Source of the DNA: Lachnospirales bacterium
GTDB taxonomy: Bacteria > Bacillota > Clostridia > Lachnospirales > CAMZNU01
Length of the DNA stretch: 64,000 bases
NCBI GenBank assembly: GCA_047974375.1
Contig: JBKECF010000029.1
Coordinates: 4,099 to 68,098 of the forward strand
Direction: 5' to 3'
Part shown: piece by piece, positions 60,660 to 64,000 of the stretch
How positions within the stretch are numbered: position 1 is the stretch's first letter
Layout: every line of letters begins with the position of its first letter
Made by a program: the position numbers and the translations under genes
Notes under the pieces: generated by a model
Database searches by the model: none
What the model saw: the letters and a program-made list of their open reading frames with translations, nothing else
Told to the model about the DNA's origin: nothing

Positions 60660-61488
60660 ATTTCACATTCCTCTCTTTATATTATTTGAATTTTGCTTTG
60701 CATTTCAAGCAAACATTTTAATGTAATACCATCAATATTATACTATTTTACATAGTAGAATTAAGCCTAAGCATTTTCGAAGAATAACAGTATTTTAAAA
60801 TTATCAAATACAAAAAAGCACATAAATATGCATATTTCATGCTATTTTATGTGCTTCGTGTAGTACATGAAATATTGTAGTGTATGCTATTTTAATCTGT
60901 TTCTTTTATCCAAGAAATTGTGTTAAAAATTTCTTTTCGTCCCCTATAGTACTAACATATTCAATCAACTATAAATATGTAAAATCTAACAAGTTTTTAA
61001 TCGATTTATTTAATTTATAATGCAAAACAAGATTTCTTATGTAAGAGTAACATATATGTTTTAAAAAGTCATTATAATTTTCTAATATAGTTAATATTTT
61101 TATGACTTCTATAATATTATGCTGAATTAAGTACAAATTGTTACTTATAAAATATATTTAGCTAGGGTATAACTATTTTAAATGTATTCTAAAAAAATTG
61201 TGTAGTGTTTAAGTTTGTAGGAGTCAAAAATATGACAAATTTTATATAAAATGAATTAATTTTAACGATAAACTTGTAAATTGAATTTTATATGTTATAT
61301 TATCATTATAGGCAATAAATCTCACTATAAAATAAAGCATCTATATAATTAATTTAGGTAGTACTAAACAATTATTAGGGTTTTGCTGAGTATTGGAATG
61401 TTAGTTATGTACATGACGGCTCTGTGTGATCAAAATTTTATAGTGATAAAATTGCAAAGTATAATTTAATTCCCTAAAGGAGGTAATT

Positions 61489-62910
61489 ATGAAGTTTAGA
61501 AAAATTGGAATAACAGCAGGAGCGATGATGTTAACTATGTCGTTATTAGCTGGATGTGCAGGCGACACTAGCAAGGCAGAAACACCAGAGGTGAAAACTG
61601 AAACGGATGAGCAAAAAGAAACGGAAACAGGTAGCGAACCTGTAGAAATTAGAATGACATTTAGAGATGATGGTATAGGTGCAGATGGCGCTAGCTACAA
61701 GCATATGGAGAGAGTTGGTAAAGAACTTACAGAATCTAACCCAAATATTATTGTGAATATATCTCCTATACAGGCATCTGAAGGTGATTATTTTGCAAAA
61801 ATAGCACTTGCGTTACAATCGCCAGATACAGCACCAGATGTTGTTACAGAAGATACATTTATGCTACCTTCAGATGTTAAAGCTGGTTACTTACATCCTC
61901 TTACGGATTATTTAGCTGAATGGGATGAATGGGGTGACTTTTACGAGTCACTTAAAGAAGGTGTAAAGGGTGAAGATGGTGTGGTTTATGCTGTGCCTTA
62001 TAATACAGACACTAGAGGTCTTTATTACAATCAGGATATATTTGATGCGGCAGGAATAGCTACTCCTTGGGAGCCTAAAAATTGGGAAGATATTTTAATA
62101 GCTAGCCGTCAAATAAAAGAAAATGTAGGCGGCAGTGTAGTACCTATTTGGTTTAATTCAGGTATTGCAACTGGCGAGGCTACATCGATGCAAACTTACG
62201 AAATGTTACTTTATGGAACAGGGGAAAGATTGCAAGATGAAAGTGGCAAGTGGATAGTAGAGAGCCAAGGCATATTAGATACTCTTACATGGATTGACAA
62301 AGTATACAAAGAACAACTGGGTCCACCTCTTTCACAAGTTTTAAATGGACAAGGTAGTAACAATGCAGCAAGAATTTATATGCCTCAAGGTAATTTAGGG
62401 ATTCAATTAGATGGTTCATGGACTACAGGAAACTACAAGGAAACAGGAGCATCCCCTTGGCCTGAATATACAGAAAAGTTAAAAATTACAAGAATGCCAA
62501 CGCAAAATGGTGACTTTGGTGGAACTGTTTCTTTAGCTGGTGGTTGGGGTTATGCAATACCTGCTAATAGTCAGCATAAAGATGAAGCGTGGGAGTATGT
62601 AAAAGCTTTAAGTAGCTTTGAAAATCTTACAGACCGTTCAATGCTTGAAAGCTCAATGACAACTAGAACGGATATTGCTTCATCTGAAGAATATTTGTCT
62701 ATACCAATTATGTCTGAAATGACAGAATTTTTAGATACATCATATTTCAGACCTAAAAATGAAAGCTATCCACAAGTATCTACTGCTATTCAATCTATGG
62801 TTGAGGCTGTTGTTACTGGTACAGCACCAGTGGATGCCATGAAAGAATATAGCGAGGCAGTGAGACGTGTTGTTGGTGATGACAATGCTGTGGCTTTGGA
62901 ATATAAGTAA
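61489..62910 (+). CDS. Carbohydrate ABC transporter substrate-binding lipoprotein
   Basis: Lipobox LAGC; PYNTDTRGLYYN, DGSW and AGGWGYAIP. Confidence 0.88.
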   Translation: MKFRKIGITAGAMMLTMSLLAGCAGDTSKAETPEVKTETDEQKETETGSEPVEIRMTFRDDGIGADGASYKHMERVGKELTESNPNIIVNISPIQASEGDYFAKIALALQSPDTAPDVVTEDTFMLPSDVKAGYLHPLTDYLAEWDEWGDFYESLKEGVKGEDGVVYAVPYNTDTRGLYYNQDIFDAAGIATPWEPKNWEDILIASRQIKENVGGSVVPIWFNSGIATGEATSMQTYEMLLYGTGERLQDESGKWIVESQGILDTLTWIDKVYKEQLGPPLSQVLNGQGSNNAARIYMPQGNLGIQLDGSWTTGNYKETGASPWPEYTEKLKITRMPTQNGDFGGTVSLAGGWGYAIPANSQHKDEAWEYVKALSSFENLTDRSMLESSMTTRTDIASSEEYLSIPIMSEMTEFLDTSYFRPKNESYPQVSTAIQSMVEAVVTGTAPVDAMKEYSEAVRRVVGDDNAVALEYK

Positions 62911-63010
62911 AATAAGTTAATATAAAATTTAGTGCCTCTTTTACAAGTAATGGGTTTGAATAAAAAACTAAAACTTGTAGACGAGGCATTTTTTAAAAAA
63001 GGAGGGAAAT

Positions 63011-63901
63011 ATGAGTCTTGTAGAAATGCGAAAATACAAAGAAACTATAAGAAGGACTTTATTGTTTTTGTTACCTGCTTTAGTGCTTTTAACATTTTTC
63101 TTCATATGGCCAATAATTCTCACTGTTTACTATTCTTTTACAAATTTATCTTTAACAGGAAGTGCTGCGCAAAATACACAATTTATTGCGCTAGAGAATT
63201 ATAAAAAAATACTAACGGATCCAGATGTAGGACCTGCTGTATGGAAAACTTTAATATTCGTAATTTTTTCAGCAGTGCTAGGGCAAACTGTTTTTGGATT
63301 TATATTAGCGATGGTTATGAAGCAGAAGAATGTAATATTTAGAAGAATAGTAGGTGCTATAATAATCGCTTGTTGGGTTACGCCGGAAATAGTTGCCGGT
63401 ATGTGCTTGTATAGTTTTTTTGGAGATTTTGGTACATTTAACTATTTGCTGAGTTTAATAGGTATAGGGCCTATTTATTGGCTTTTTGAATGGCCTATGC
63501 TATCGATTATTTTGGCAAACATATGGCGCGGAGTTGCTTTCTCTATGATAGTTTTCCAAGCAGCTTTTGACGATATACCGAAGGAAGTGGAGGAAGCGGC
63601 AACAGTGGATGGTGCAACAGGCTTTCAATCTATGGTAAATATAACTATACCTATACTGAAGGGAACAATATCTACAAATATGATGTTGGTTACTTTGCAA
63701 ACCTTAGGGGTTTTCGGATTAATATACACAATGACAGGCGGTGGCCCAGGTAACAAGACGACTACTTTGCCTATTTATATGTATAACCAAGCCTTTGTTA
63801 ACTTCCAATTAGGTTATGGAACGGCAGTTTCTATGATACTTTTATTAATTGGAGTTGTATTAAGTGTTTTTTATGTGAAATCTATGAAAGTAGAAATATA
63901 G
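63011..63901 (+). CDS. Carbohydrate ABC permease (MalF-like)
   Basis: EAA loop EEAATVDGAT and MTGGGPG. Confidence 0.9.
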   Translation: MSLVEMRKYKETIRRTLLFLLPALVLLTFFFIWPIILTVYYSFTNLSLTGSAAQNTQFIALENYKKILTDPDVGPAVWKTLIFVIFSAVLGQTVFGFILAMVMKQKNVIFRRIVGAIIIACWVTPEIVAGMCLYSFFGDFGTFNYLLSLIGIGPIYWLFEWPMLSIILANIWRGVAFSMIVFQAAFDDIPKEVEEAATVDGATGFQSMVNITIPILKGTISTNMMLVTLQTLGVFGLIYTMTGGGPGNKTTTLPIYMYNQAFVNFQLGYGTAVSMILLLIGVVLSVFYVKSMKVEI

Positions 63902-63911
63902 GAGGTGGGAT

Positions 63912-64000
63912 ATGAGCTATACAAAATTCTTAAAGATTAAAATAAAAGTTGAATATTTATTACTAATTATATTTGCTGTATGCTTTGTGCTGCCTCTGGT
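63912..64000 (+). CDS. Second ABC permease (MalG-like), truncated by window edge
   Basis: SD GGAGG, ATG at 63912, hydrophobic ..LLIIFAVCFVLPL. Confidence 0.6.
   Translation, partial: MSYTKFLKIKIKVEYLLLIIFAVCFVLPL

Noticed and set aside
60900-61300. Long AT-rich intergenic region as a replication origin or RNA gene
   Set aside because: No DnaA-box cluster and no tRNA, tmRNA, 6S or SRP features seen; consistent with divergent promoter DNA.
13965-61416. GTACATGA-like words upstream of GH38 (14143), in the gcvT/ABC intergenic region (60863) and upstream of the ABC binding protein (61409) as a shared operator
   Set aside because: Short and not consistently palindromic; chance occurrence in AT-rich DNA cannot be excluded by eye.

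Overview
A 64-kb chromosomal segment from a low-GC (roughly 30% by eye) anaerobic Firmicute, probably Clostridia/Lachnospirales-like (inferred from gene content and Shine-Dalgarno usage). Housekeeping genes: alr (partial), serS, a hemA-sirC-hemC-cobA/hemD-hemB-hemL tetrapyrrole operon, livKHMGF, infC-rpmI-rplT with an L20 leader and ATT start, comM/yifB, nudF and gcvT-H-PA-PB-lpdA. Carbohydrate-foraging loci: a GH38 mannosidase, a sialic acid locus (LacI, nanA, TRAP siaPQM, a fused nanE-nanK, nanQ), a GH5 endoglycoceramidase-like enzyme, a GH138-like/GH29/GH42 cluster with oxidative acid-sugar enzymes and a convergent TRAP transporter, and the start of a sugar ABC operon. I saw no tRNA, rRNA, CRISPR array, prophage or intact IS. 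Best leads: (1) a structured leader with a potential pseudoknot next to the RBS of a pnuC-family transporter, not matching riboswitch classes I recognise; (2) an Rpn-family nuclease with an internal SD+ATG giving a repeat-containing C-terminal small protein (RpnS-like antitoxin), flanked by related hairpins; (3) a Gram-positive polysaccharide utilisation locus built on a GH138-like enzyme; (4) an orphan secreted protein with an aerolysin-like beta-hairpin pattern; (5) a dispersed MITE-like repeat that supplies terminators. All family assignments come from motif recognition by eye; no database search was run.
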